The translations under genes and the position numbers were made by a program. Positions 8,630 to 18,180 of a stretch of DNA of 64,000 bases are shown one piece after another. Each line of letters opens with the position of its first letter. Positions within the stretch are counted from its first letter, which is position 1. The DNA is from Nanobdellati archaeon (lineage in GTDB: Archaea; EX4484-52; GLR71), in the NCBI GenBank assembly GCA_019429005.1, contig JAHYJR010000001.1, forward strand, positions 104,663 through 168,662, written 5' to 3'. The notes beneath the pieces were generated by a model. That model ran no database searches, was not told the DNA's origin, and worked only from the letters and a program-made list of their open reading frames with translations.

Positions 8630-10402
8630 ATGGAAAGAAGTGAAATATTAAAAACCTTTACAAAAAATGGTATTATTACAGGTGCAGATTCACTTGATTA
8701 TCTTGAAAACAAAGATATAAATATAGCTATTCTCGTAACAAAAATTTTAGATACTGGAAAATTGTTTATAACACAAAAACTTCTTGAAAGCATGTTTGAT
8801 AGTGATATAGAGTTAAATCCAGATAAAACCTTAAATCCAGATAAAACCTTAAATCCAGATAAAACCTTAAATCCAGATAAAACCTTAAATCCAGATAAAA
8901 CCTTAAATCCAGATAAAACCTTAAATCCAGATAAAATTTCAAATTCCAACAAAACGTCAAATCTAGATAAAACCACGAATTCATATAAAACAGTTAATGA
9001 AACTCACGATAAAACACTTAATGAAACTCACGATAAAACACTTAATGAAACTCGCGATAAAACACCTAATAAAAGTAAAAAGTCTAACGACAACAAAGAT
9101 TCTAATGAGATTAAAAATATATTAAAACCTATAGAAGTCCACAAAACAATATCATTTATTGCAAAAGATTATGAGGGCTCTGTGAGGCTTCATGCACAGA
9201 ACGAATTTAAAGGGCATAAGAGAGATTTATCATCCTTTGTTGATTGTTTTAATAGTCGATATAATAAGATAAAGAACTTTTTTATGAAACATAGAGATCT
9301 TAGAGGTACAAGATCAATATCAAGGTTCAAATCAACAGAAAACGAAAAAGATGTTTCTATAATAGGTATAATATCTGAAATAAATTTAACCAAAAATGGT
9401 AATACATTACTCAGTGTTGAAGATCCAACAGGGATAATTGATGTTGTTATAATGAAAGATAAGAACCTTGAGGTTGATTATCTAATACGGGATGAGATTA
9501 TTGCTTTTTCAGGTTCAGTTGCTCGCGGAACCTTTTTTGCAAATTCAATTATGTTTCCAGACATTGCACCCAAAACACCATTTAATATAACAGATCCTAT
9601 AAGCAGTGTTTTTATATCTGATGTGCATATTGGAAGTAATGAATATTTAAATAAAGTAATGGACCGTTTTTTAAAATGGATAAATGATCCAACATCAGAC
9701 GCATCAAATGTAAAATATTTATGTATTGCAGGCGACCTTGTTGATGGTGTCGGGATATATCCAGGTCAGCAGAATAATCTCAAAATAAAAAACATTTATG
9801 ATCAGTATAGTGCTTTTGAAGAGCTTATTGAAAGAGTACCAGAACATATAGAAGTAGTATTATGTCCAGGAAATCATGATGCTGTAAGACAATCAGAACC
9901 ACAACCAGCCTTTGACAAATCACTTTTACCAAATCTCGTTGGATTTAAAAACGTTACACTTGTTTCAAATCCCTCTTTTTTTGAACTTCATGGATTTGAT
10001 GATAAACAAGGTGCAACAAGTTTAATGTATCATGGTTATAGTTTTAGTAAAATAATAGATGCAATACCCGCACTTCGTGTTAAAGGTATGAGGGAACCAC
10101 AACATGTAATGAAAGAGTTATTACGCAAAAGACACCTTGCACCTCTTTATAGTTCTAACATAATGTTACCTGATATTGAAGATAATCTTGTAATCAGTGC
10201 AGCACCACACATATTCCATACAGGAGATCTACATAGTTTTGCTATTGATAAATACAAAGGTGTCCATCTTTTCTCAACAAGTACCTTTCAAGGTCAAACA
10301 TCGTTTATGGACCGTGTAGGTCACCTCGCAAACCCTGGAAAAGTAACAATTTTAGATTTAAAAGAAAATAGACCATATTTTAAGGATTTTATTACTAGTT
10401 AA
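8630..10402 (+). CDS. polB: DNA polymerase D small (proofreading) subunit DP1
   Basis: OB-fold EDPTG, ISDVHIGS, AGDLVDGVGIYPGQ, PGNHD..RQSEPQP, YHG and RHLAP. Confidence 0.95.
   Translation: MERSEILKTFTKNGIITGADSLDYLENKDINIAILVTKILDTGKLFITQKLLESMFDSDIELNPDKTLNPDKTLNPDKTLNPDKTLNPDKTLNPDKTLNPDKISNSNKTSNLDKTTNSYKTVNETHDKTLNETHDKTLNETRDKTPNKSKKSNDNKDSNEIKNILKPIEVHKTISFIAKDYEGSVRLHAQNEFKGHKRDLSSFVDCFNSRYNKIKNFFMKHRDLRGTRSISRFKSTENEKDVSIIGIISEINLTKNGNTLLSVEDPTGIIDVVIMKDKNLEVDYLIRDEIIAFSGSVARGTFFANSIMFPDIAPKTPFNITDPISSVFISDVHIGSNEYLNKVMDRFLKWINDPTSDASNVKYLCIAGDLVDGVGIYPGQQNNLKIKNIYDQYSAFEELIERVPEHIEVVLCPGNHDAVRQSEPQPAFDKSLLPNLVGFKNVTLVSNPSFFELHGFDDKQGATSLMYHGYSFSKIIDAIPALRVKGMREPQHVMKELLRKRHLAPLYSSNIMLPDIEDNLVISAAPHIFHTGDLHSFAIDKYKGVHLFSTSTFQGQTSFMDRVGHLANPGKVTILDLKENRPYFKDFITS
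8813..9065. repeat. In-frame tandem repeats in the DP1 linker: 18 bp x7 (LNPDKT) and 24 bp x3 (NETHDKTL)
   Basis: TTAAATCCAGATAAAACC at 8813-8936 and TTAATGAAACTCACGATAAAACAC at 8994-9065. Confidence 0.95.
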
Positions 10403-10448
10403 AATAAAAAAGCAAATTGGAATTTTATATCCAATTATGTAGTATCAC

Positions 10449-10691
10449 TTAATCCTTTAATTCAATTGATTGTGATACATCTATCAAAGGTTTGAGTGCT
10501 TCTGTTAAGTATTTTATATTTATTGGATTACTGAATGATATTATAATATCTTTCATTCCATCATTTTTATCAAGTTCTTCGATATCAAATTCTTCAATTA
10601 TATCGATTTTCTTAATCACATCTTCCAAAACAGATTTTTTAATATTCGCCGTAAATTCAATACTTGTTACATTCATTTTTAAAACCCCCAA
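10449..10691 (-). CDS. Small acidic hypothetical protein; true start probably MNVTS at 10676
   Basis: Fills the DP1-DP2 gap, has plausible globular composition, and a G-rich SD-like run precedes the internal ATG. Confidence 0.6.
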   Translation of the reverse strand: MGVLKMNVTSIEFTANIKKSVLEDVIKKIDIIEEFDIEELDKNDGMKDIIISFSNPINIKYLTEALKPLIDVSQSIELKD

Positions 10692-10843
10692 AATACTGTT
10701 ATGTTAATATATCAGTATAGACGTAATGGTTGATTAAACTATTTAAACTTAAATTAGAATGACTTTATAAATGTTATAGGTGTTATCAAAATATTGTTAA
10801 TAACTTATAATATTTACTAAATAAGTATTTTTTAAGTTCTTAA

Positions 10844-13800
10844 TTGGTGATTATTTTGTCAGATTCTTCAAAAATACAAGGTCCTACTATTGATAAAGGT
10901 ACAAGGCTATATTTTGACACATTAAATAATCAGATTAAAGCAGCATATAGCGTTGCAGAAAAAGCAAGAGAGCAAGGTAAAGATCCCGAAAAAAAGATAG
11001 ATATACCTATTGCAGAAGATCTTGCAGCACGTGTTGAAGGTCTTGTTTCAATGATATTTCCAGATCTTATGGGTTCAGGTCTTGCAAATGGTATACGTAA
11101 ACTTGAAACCGAATTTGGAAAAAATGATGAGCAAGTAGCACTTTATATTTCTGAACAGGTTGCAAAAGACGAATTTTGTAAGTTTGAAAGTTTAGAGAAA
11201 TCTCTTGAAGCCGGAGTTCGTGTAGGCGTGGCTTATATCACTCTTGGTGTTGTTACAGCACCACTTGAAGGGATAACAGCAGTTAAGATAATTAATAATT
11301 ATGTTTCAATTTATTATTCCGGTCCAATAAGGAGTGCGGGCGGTACAGCAAGTGCAATGTCTGTTATAATTACAGATTATGTCAGACGTAAATTAGGTAT
11401 TGGTGATTATGTATCTGAAGATATTGAACGCAAACGTTATGCCGTTGAATTAGAAGATTATTATCGTCTTGTCGGTATGCAATATCATCCACAAGATAAG
11501 GAAGTTGAGATGATAATAAAAAATGTCAAGATTTGTCTTGATGGTGATCCTACAGAAAAATATGAAGTTTCAACCCATAAAGGTTTACCTCGTGTTGCTA
11601 CAGATAAAATACGTGGCGGTATGTGTCTTGTTGTTGGTGAAGGTCTTACGTTAAAAGCTCCAAAATTATTAAAACGTATAAAAAAGATTGGTAAAAAATT
11701 TGGTCTTGAAGACTGGTTATGGCTTGAGGATTATAATAAGCTTCAAAAAGATATACATTCAGTGAAATCTAAATCTGATGAAGATGATGGACCTAAAGCT
11801 AAATACACTCCATCTACAAAATATGTAGAAAAAGTGATTGCGGGAAGACCTGTAATTGCACATCCGGGAAAACCTGGTGGTTTTAGATTACGATATGGTA
11901 GATCAAGGACAGCGGGAATTGCAGCCACATCAATACATCCTGCAACTATGCATCTTACAGAGTTTATAGCTGTTGGAACACAACTTGCAACAGAGTATCC
12001 AGGAAAAGCAACAGTATGTACACCTGTGGATACTGTTGAAGGTCCCGTTGTACTTTTGAAATCTGGTGAAGTTAAAAATATTAATACACTTGAAGAAGTT
12101 AAAGCTGAAAGAAAGTATGTAAAGACAATATTATCTTTAGGAGATATCTTGATACCTTATGGTGAATTTGTAAGTCAAGGTAAAATACTTCTTCCTTCAG
12201 CCTATTGCGAAGAATGGTGGGCACTTGAAGCAAAAAAAGCAATTGAAGATGGAAAATCTTGTGAATCTATTGAACTGTTTACCGAAAAGCCATTTATTAA
12301 ACCAGATTTTAAAGTCGCATTAGATATTTCAAAAAAACTTAATATTCCTCTACATCCTGCATATAATTATTTTTGGCATGACTTAAAAAAAGAAGAGTTA
12401 AGCCGTTTAGTTGATATGGTTTCAAATGGAATGTATCTGAAAGGCATTCTAAAAATTAAAAATGAAAATATTAAAACCGTTTTAGAACATCTATGTATCC
12501 CTCATAAAGTTGACAGAACAAAAGAAGATTCAGAAATGATTGTATTTGAAGATGCTGTTGCAGATTGTTTATATACGATTCTTGGAGAACCATCTAAAGA
12601 CAACATAAAAAAACATATAAGTCTTATTGAAGCCGAATCTGATGTGATGAATGCTTTAAACAAATTGTCTCCAATAAAAATTAAAGAAAAAGGTTTAACT
12701 AGAATTGGCATGAAAATGGGTCGTCCCGAAAAAGCTGAAAGGCGTATTATGAAAGGAAGACCACATGTACTTTTTCCTTGTGGTGAAGAAGGCGGAAGAA
12801 TGCGTAATATTATGGAAGCTTATAAGGGTGGTGTAGTCAGTGCATTTCTTCCAACATTTCGTTGTCCAAAATGTAATAAGACTGTATCATTTAGTATTTG
12901 TAATTTTTGTGGTTCAAAGACACGAGAATATCGAGTTTGTAAAACCTGTTCACGTTCAACATCTGATAAAGAACATTGTGGTACACCAACATTACGTTAT
13001 AAAAGCATGAAAGTCGATATAAAAGAGCTTGTTGATGGTGCGGTTAAAAATATAGGTATGGCTGGACTTCCAGCACTTTTTAAGGGTGTGCGTGGTTTAT
13101 CTGGCAAAGAAAAAGATTTAGAATTATTGGAAAAAGGTTTACTTCGTGTTAAATATGAACTTTTTGTGAATAAGGATGGAACTACACGTTTTGATGCAAC
13201 TGATATGCCTATGACTCATTTTAAGCCTTACGAGATAAATGCACCTATTGAGTTATTAAAAAATATTGGTTATACTGAAGATGTTTATGGAAAACCGCTT
13301 GTATCTGATAATCAGATTCTTGAGCTTAAAGTTCAAGATATAATACTCTCTGACAATCCAGCTTTCTCTGGGGCAGACTATTTTATAAAAATCTGTCAAT
13401 TTGTGGATGAAGTTCTTGTCAAGATTTATGGTTTAACGCCATATTACAATGTATCAGTTAAAAATGATCTTATAGGGCTCCTTGTTATTGGTCTAGCACC
13501 ACATACTTCAGCAGGTATAGTAGGACGAATTATTGGTTTCACACCAGCGCGTGTTTGTTATGCACATCCATTTTGGCATTCTGCAAAAAGACGAAATTGT
13601 GATGGTGATGAAGATTCTATATTACTTTTAATGGATGCGCTTCTTAATTTCTCAAGGAAATTTTTACCAACTACACGTGGTGCGGCTACAATGGATGCAC
13701 CTCTTGTTTTGACAACAAATTTGAATCCTGAGGAAGTGGATGATGAAGCATGGAATGTTGATGTAGATGCAGATTACAATCTTAATTTTTATGAAGATAC

Positions 13801-14359
13801 TTTTGAATATAAACCACCTTGGGAGATTCGTGATAAAATAAAGCTCGTTAATGATTATATCGCAAAGCCTGAAGCATACCATAGCATGTTCACACATGAC
13901 ACTACAAATATTAATGATGGCCCTTACAGATCTAAATATGTTGTTTTGGAATCTATGTCTGAGAAAATTATGGCACAATTAGATCTTGCTGTAATGATAT
14001 CTGCTGTTAATGCTTCTGATGTTGCAGAACGTGTTTTAGAAAAGCATTTTCTTAAGGATATAAAAGGTAATTTGCGAACATTTTCAAAGCAAAAAGTACG
14101 TTGTTTGTCTTGTGCTTTTAAGTTTAGGAGGATGCCTCTTATTGGAAAATGTCCAATGTGTGAAGGTAAATTGCTTTTGACTGTTCATGAAGGTACTATA
14201 CGTAAATATGTAGAACCTGCTAAATATTTGATGGATCGGTTTATTATTACACCCTATTTGATGCAACAGTTTGCTTTTCTTGAATTTGAAATAGATTCGC
14301 TTTTTGGGAAAAAGGCGCGTCAGCTGAATCTTATTAGTTTTAATAAGTCAAAAGATTAA
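10844..14359 (+). CDS. polC: DNA polymerase D large catalytic subunit DP2, no intein
   Basis: GPIRSAGGT, GGFRLRYGRSR, VNKDGTTRFD, KRRNCDGDED and Zn fingers. Confidence 0.98.
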   Translation: MVIILSDSSKIQGPTIDKGTRLYFDTLNNQIKAAYSVAEKAREQGKDPEKKIDIPIAEDLAARVEGLVSMIFPDLMGSGLANGIRKLETEFGKNDEQVALYISEQVAKDEFCKFESLEKSLEAGVRVGVAYITLGVVTAPLEGITAVKIINNYVSIYYSGPIRSAGGTASAMSVIITDYVRRKLGIGDYVSEDIERKRYAVELEDYYRLVGMQYHPQDKEVEMIIKNVKICLDGDPTEKYEVSTHKGLPRVATDKIRGGMCLVVGEGLTLKAPKLLKRIKKIGKKFGLEDWLWLEDYNKLQKDIHSVKSKSDEDDGPKAKYTPSTKYVEKVIAGRPVIAHPGKPGGFRLRYGRSRTAGIAATSIHPATMHLTEFIAVGTQLATEYPGKATVCTPVDTVEGPVVLLKSGEVKNINTLEEVKAERKYVKTILSLGDILIPYGEFVSQGKILLPSAYCEEWWALEAKKAIEDGKSCESIELFTEKPFIKPDFKVALDISKKLNIPLHPAYNYFWHDLKKEELSRLVDMVSNGMYLKGILKIKNENIKTVLEHLCIPHKVDRTKEDSEMIVFEDAVADCLYTILGEPSKDNIKKHISLIEAESDVMNALNKLSPIKIKEKGLTRIGMKMGRPEKAERRIMKGRPHVLFPCGEEGGRMRNIMEAYKGGVVSAFLPTFRCPKCNKTVSFSICNFCGSKTREYRVCKTCSRSTSDKEHCGTPTLRYKSMKVDIKELVDGAVKNIGMAGLPALFKGVRGLSGKEKDLELLEKGLLRVKYELFVNKDGTTRFDATDMPMTHFKPYEINAPIELLKNIGYTEDVYGKPLVSDNQILELKVQDIILSDNPAFSGADYFIKICQFVDEVLVKIYGLTPYYNVSVKNDLIGLLVIGLAPHTSAGIVGRIIGFTPARVCYAHPFWHSAKRRNCDGDEDSILLLMDALLNFSRKFLPTTRGAATMDAPLVLTTNLNPEEVDDEAWNVDVDADYNLNFYEDTFEYKPPWEIRDKIKLVNDYIAKPEAYHSMFTHDTTNINDGPYRSKYVVLESMSEKIMAQLDLAVMISAVNASDVAERVLEKHFLKDIKGNLRTFSKQKVRCLSCAFKFRRMPLIGKCPMCEGKLLLTVHEGTIRKYVEPAKYLMDRFIITPYLMQQFAFLEFEIDSLFGKKARQLNLISFNKSKD

Positions 14360-14542
14360 ATTATATTAATTATTTTAAATTCAAAAATACTTTTTTTAAA
14401 TTTAAGTAACTTTATATTCGTCTAATAAAAGTCTATATTATCTTGCAGTTATCTTGTTTTTACTTTTCATATGAACAAGATGAACTATAAACCAAAAGTT
14501 TTATATACACTTTTTGTTTTTGTATATTCCACCTAATCATAG

Positions 14543-15033
14543 TTCCATAGGAACTTGTGGGGTCTGTGAAATTAACATTTTTTGTTTTTGTATATATAAT
14601 CATGTTTTTATACTCCTTTTCATACGAAATCAAGCATTTAATATTTTAAAAAGTGTTTTAAATGTGTTTTAAGCCCTTATTTTGCTTTATGAACTATCTA
14701 CCTAAAACTATATAAAGTGTTTCCATACGAAATGAAGGGGTCTGTGAATGTAACACCTTTTATTTTTTAAGTATCTCCATATGATTTAATGGGGTCTCTA
14801 TAAGAAACGAAGGTTAACTATTTTAAATTTCTGCCTCTTTTATACCTTAAACAGTAATATTTGATTGTGAAATACAAACCTATAACTATATAAGTAGTTC
14901 CATAGGAAATAGAGGGGTATGTGAAATTAACGTTTTTTTGTTTTCAAATTTAAAATCTAGTAAACATAGATATTTACATAGGAAATATAGCCCCCGTATA
15001 AATTACGAGCCGTTTTAAAGGAAATCAAGGGGT
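14543..15033 (+). repeat. Array of 8 co-oriented ORB-like 21-mers within a degenerate ~178-bp triplicated unit
   Basis: Boxes start at 14543, 14618, 14721, 14775, 14796, 14898, 14974 and 15013. Consensus TTCCATANGAAATNAAGGGGT, the same motif as upstream of cdc6. Confidence 0.8.
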
Positions 15034-15040
15034 TATGAAC

Positions 15041-15697
15041 TTAATATACTTCTTTTTTTAGTTCATGTAACAATGTGTTTATTTTATGTTCATTATTTTC
15101 TATTACATCGCCATGACCTGGAAGTAAAGTCTTAATTTTAATTGAAAGTAATTTTTCAATGCTATTTTTCATATCTTTTTTACTTCCACTTTCAAGGTCA
15201 ACTCGTCCATATGTTTCCGAAAAGATAGTATCTCCAGAGAACAAAATTTGTCTTTTTTCATCATATATACAGATAGACCCATCCGTATGTCCTGGTGTAT
15301 TAATTATTGTGAACTTCACATCACCAATACGTATTGAATCATTATCATGTAATTTTAACGAAATTTTTTGTTTTTTTGCTTCTTTTCCAAACATAAACGC
15401 ACCTGTTTTGAGACTATCTCCACTTTCAATACAAAATGCATCTTTTTCATGTATAAGTATTTTGGCATTTGTGAACAACACGTTTGCTGATGTATGATCA
15501 TGGTGGCAGTGTGTATTTATTATAGTTTTTATATTTTCAGGTTCAATTCCAACAGATTTAATACATTTTATTAGTCTTTCTTTATGTAAACATAATCCTG
15601 TATCGATGAGTGTATCATTATTTATTAGATATATATTGGGTTCCATACTGCCTGCATGAATGTATATTATATCTTTTGCAATTTTTTTAATTTTCAT
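15041..15697 (-). CDS. MBL-fold metallohydrolase (glyoxalase II-like)
   Basis: THCHHDH, TPGHTDGS, SGDTIF and PGHG. Confidence 0.9.
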   Translation of the reverse strand: MKIKKIAKDIIYIHAGSMEPNIYLINNDTLIDTGLCLHKERLIKCIKSVGIEPENIKTIINTHCHHDHTSANVLFTNAKILIHEKDAFCIESGDSLKTGAFMFGKEAKKQKISLKLHDNDSIRIGDVKFTIINTPGHTDGSICIYDEKRQILFSGDTIFSETYGRVDLESGSKKDMKNSIEKLLSIKIKTLLPGHGDVIENNEHKINTLLHELKKEVY

Positions 15698-15760
15698 TTT
15701 AGCACCCAGATAACATTTTTTTTATATTTTTCATTAAAAAAGCAATTATAATTATTACTG

Positions 15761-15866
15761 TATTAATTACGTTATTAATTACATTATTAATTACATTATT
15801 AATTACATTATTAATTACATTATTAATTACGTTATTAATTACGTTATTAATTACGTTATTAATTAC
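15761..15866. repeat. 12-bp tandem repeat x9
   Basis: Unit TATTAATTACRT; C recurs every 12 bp from 15770 to 15866. Confidence 0.95.
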
Positions 15867-16042
15867 AAGTTACATTAAGTTATTAATTATCTTTTTGATT
15901 ATTTTGTTGATTCTCTTTTTGATAATCATATTAATTATCTTATTTATTACACGTTACCTTTCTTATTTGGTTTTATTAAAATAAAAATGTATTTTTACTT
16001 TTTCAACGAAAACTTTAAATACTTTGGTGTACTATTACTAAT

Positions 16043-16192
16043 ATGTATAAAACACTAAAAGTTACTAAACGTATACATACAAAGCTTTTATGTTTTATAT
16101 CTCAATTACAGCTCGATACGGGAGAAAGAGTAACAATGGATCATGCAATATCTATCTTGCTTAACAACAAATGTAAAGACAGCAAGAAGTAA
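16043..16192 (+). CDS. 49-aa putative ribbon-helix-helix DNA-binding microprotein
   Basis: MYKTLKVTKRIHTKLLCFISQLQLDTGERVTMDHAISILLNNKCKDSKK. BRE/TATA-like GAAAACTTTAAATA at 16008-16021 has leaderless-transcript spacing. Confidence 0.6.
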   Translation: MYKTLKVTKRIHTKLLCFISQLQLDTGERVTMDHAISILLNNKCKDSKK

Positions 16193-16300
16193 CTGGTACT
16201 TTATGTGTAATCTATACTGTTTAATTTCTTTGAACTTATCTTGATTCTTTTGTAGTCTAAATTATAATTACTAGTATTAAAAATACGAATGGTGATACTT

Positions 16301-16453
16301 ATGGATATGAATAAAATTAAAGAAATGATACAGATAGCAAAACAGAAAAATAATTTTAATGAACTTATGCGTCTTCAGAAAATTAAGGCTTTAAATAGTC
16401 CCGAATATGTAGCGCCATTTACACATAATGGTTTTATGGGAACTAAAAGATAG
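16301..16453 (+). CDS. 50-aa hypothetical microprotein
   Basis: MDMNKIKEMIQIAKQKNNFNELMRLQKIKALNSPEYVAPFTHNGFMGTKR, with SD GGTGA 5 nt upstream. Confidence 0.6.
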   Translation: MDMNKIKEMIQIAKQKNNFNELMRLQKIKALNSPEYVAPFTHNGFMGTKR

Positions 16454-16454
16454 T

Positions 16455-16470
16455 GAAAGCTTTATAAATA
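16455..16470 (+). promoter_or_regulatory. BRE-TATA promoter candidate for iscS-iscU
   Basis: GAAAGCTTTATAAATA about 40 bp upstream of the iscS start. Confidence 0.55.
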
Positions 16471-16509
16471 TAACACCGTTATAATATAATAATAATAATT
16501 GGTGTTTAT

Positions 16510-17721
16510 ATGATCTATCTTGACAATGCTGCTACGACACAGATTTCAGATGATGTAATCAAAGCGATGGTTCCGTATTTTTCAGAAAAGTTTGGAAATC
16601 CCTCGTCAATATATTCTTTTGGTTCTAATGTGAATAAGGTTATTGAAGAATCACGAAATATAATAGCACAGATAATTGGTGCAAATCCTAAAGAGATTAT
16701 TTTTACATCAGGCGGAACCGAATCAAATAATCTTGCAATTATTGGTATTGCACAAGAGATACACAAAAAAGATTCCAAAAAGAATCATATTATTACAACG
16801 AAAATAGAGCATCCTTCAGTTCTTAACACATTTAAACATCTTGAATCTATTGGTTTTTCTGTAGATTATCTTGATGTTGATAGTGATGGTGTAGTTGATG
16901 TTGAACAACTTAAGGATCTAGTTACTGAAAACACAATTTTTGTAAGTGTGATGCATGCAAATAATGAAATTGGTACAATTGAACCTATAGAAAAAATTGG
17001 TTCATTTTTAGCATCTTTAAAGCATCGAGTTTATTTTCATGTTGACGCAGTTCAGACTTATACAAAAGTCCCTATTGATGTAAAAAAGGCCAATATAGAT
17101 CTATTAAGTATAAGTTCACATAAGATTCACGGTCCAAAAGGTGTGGGTGCATTATTTGTAAAAAAAGGTGTTTCTCTAAAACCGTTAATGTTTGGTGGCC
17201 CTCAAGAACGTTCAATGCGCCCAGGTACAGAAAATGTATCGGGTATTTTAGGTTTTTCAAAAGCATCAGAGATTGCATTTAAAGACATGGAAAAAAATAA
17301 TAAGCACATGATTAGTTTACGCAATAAGCTTATTGACAGCATCGAAAAAAACATATCTGATGTGATACTTAATGGTGCAAAAGGCGATATGCGTCTTTCA
17401 AACAACGTGAATATATCATTTAAGTATGTTGAAGGCGAATCATTGCTTTTATATCTTGAGATGGAAGACATTTTTGTGTCTACAGCGTCAGCATGTTCAT
17501 CCAAAAAACTTGAGCCTAGCCATGTTCTCCTTGCAATTGGTCGACCGCATGAATTTGCACATGGAGCAATACGATTCACGTTAAGTAAATATACAACAAC
17601 AGAAGAAATTTCAAAGCTTCTTGATATCCTTCCACCTATTGTAAAAAAATTAAGAGATATGAGTTCAATTGATAAAGATACAGATATGACTAAATTTAAG
17701 GAGACTGATGAACATGTATAG
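16510..17721 (+). CDS. iscS: Cysteine desulfurase (NifS/IscS, group I)
   Basis: YLDNAATT, FTSGGTESNN, SSHKIHGPKG and ASACSS. Confidence 0.95.
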   Translation: MIYLDNAATTQISDDVIKAMVPYFSEKFGNPSSIYSFGSNVNKVIEESRNIIAQIIGANPKEIIFTSGGTESNNLAIIGIAQEIHKKDSKKNHIITTKIEHPSVLNTFKHLESIGFSVDYLDVDSDGVVDVEQLKDLVTENTIFVSVMHANNEIGTIEPIEKIGSFLASLKHRVYFHVDAVQTYTKVPIDVKKANIDLLSISSHKIHGPKGVGALFVKKGVSLKPLMFGGPQERSMRPGTENVSGILGFSKASEIAFKDMEKNNKHMISLRNKLIDSIEKNISDVILNGAKGDMRLSNNVNISFKYVEGESLLLYLEMEDIFVSTASACSSKKLEPSHVLLAIGRPHEFAHGAIRFTLSKYTTTEEISKLLDILPPIVKKLRDMSSIDKDTDMTKFKETDEHV

Positions 17722-18088
17722 TGAAAAAGTTATGGATCATTTTAAGAATCCTCGAAATGTTGGTGAATTGAAAGATGCAGATGGTGTGGGTACTGTTGGA
17801 AATCCAATCTGTGGGGATGTTATGACAATCTACATAAAAGTGAAAGATAATATAATTTCAGATGTTAAATTTAAGACCTTTGGTTGCGCTGCAGCAATAG
17901 CAACATCATCTATAATGACAGAGATTGCAAAAGGTAAAACTCTTGAAGAAGCCGAAAAGATAACAAAAGCTGATGTCGCATCAAATCTTGATGGTTTACC
18001 ACCTCAAAAGATGCATTGTTCAAATTTATCGTCAGATGCATTACATCTTGCAATAGAAAACTATCGAAAAACTAAAGAAAAGAAATAG
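17708..18088 (+). CDS. iscU: Fe-S scaffold IscU/NifU N-terminal domain
   Basis: HFKNPRNVG, GNPICGD, FGCAAAIA and LPPQKMHCS; overlaps the iscS 3' end. Confidence 0.96.
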   Translation: MNMYSEKVMDHFKNPRNVGELKDADGVGTVGNPICGDVMTIYIKVKDNIISDVKFKTFGCAAAIATSSIMTEIAKGKTLEEAEKITKADVASNLDGLPPQKMHCSNLSSDALHLAIENYRKTKEKK

Positions 18089-18117
18089 TATAATAAAGAT
18101 TAGGGTTAAATTCAATA

Positions 18118-18180
18118 TGTGGCTATGATTACTACCGCCCAGAATGATTTCATGATTACAGGAGTAGCTGATGAGCCACA
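18118..18180 (+). ncRNA. Box C/D methylation guide sRNA
   Basis: Terminal stem TGTGGCT/AGCCACA enclosing C (ATGATTA), 12-nt guide, D' (ATGA), C' (ATGATTA), 9-nt guide and D (CTGA). Confidence 0.75.

Noticed and set aside
8698-8984. Antisense repeat ORFs (SGFKVL)n and (FYLDLR)n
   Set aside because: By-products of the stop-free 18-bp repeat within DP1.
10844-14359. Intein in DP2 (also checked in Cdc6)
   Set aside because: Normal protein lengths, contiguous catalytic motifs and no splice-junction signature.
14543-15033. CRISPR array or iteron-bearing mobile element
   Set aside because: The repeats are degenerate, the spacers are uneven and partly homologous to each other, no cas or rep gene is nearby, and the motif matches the cdc6-adjacent boxes.
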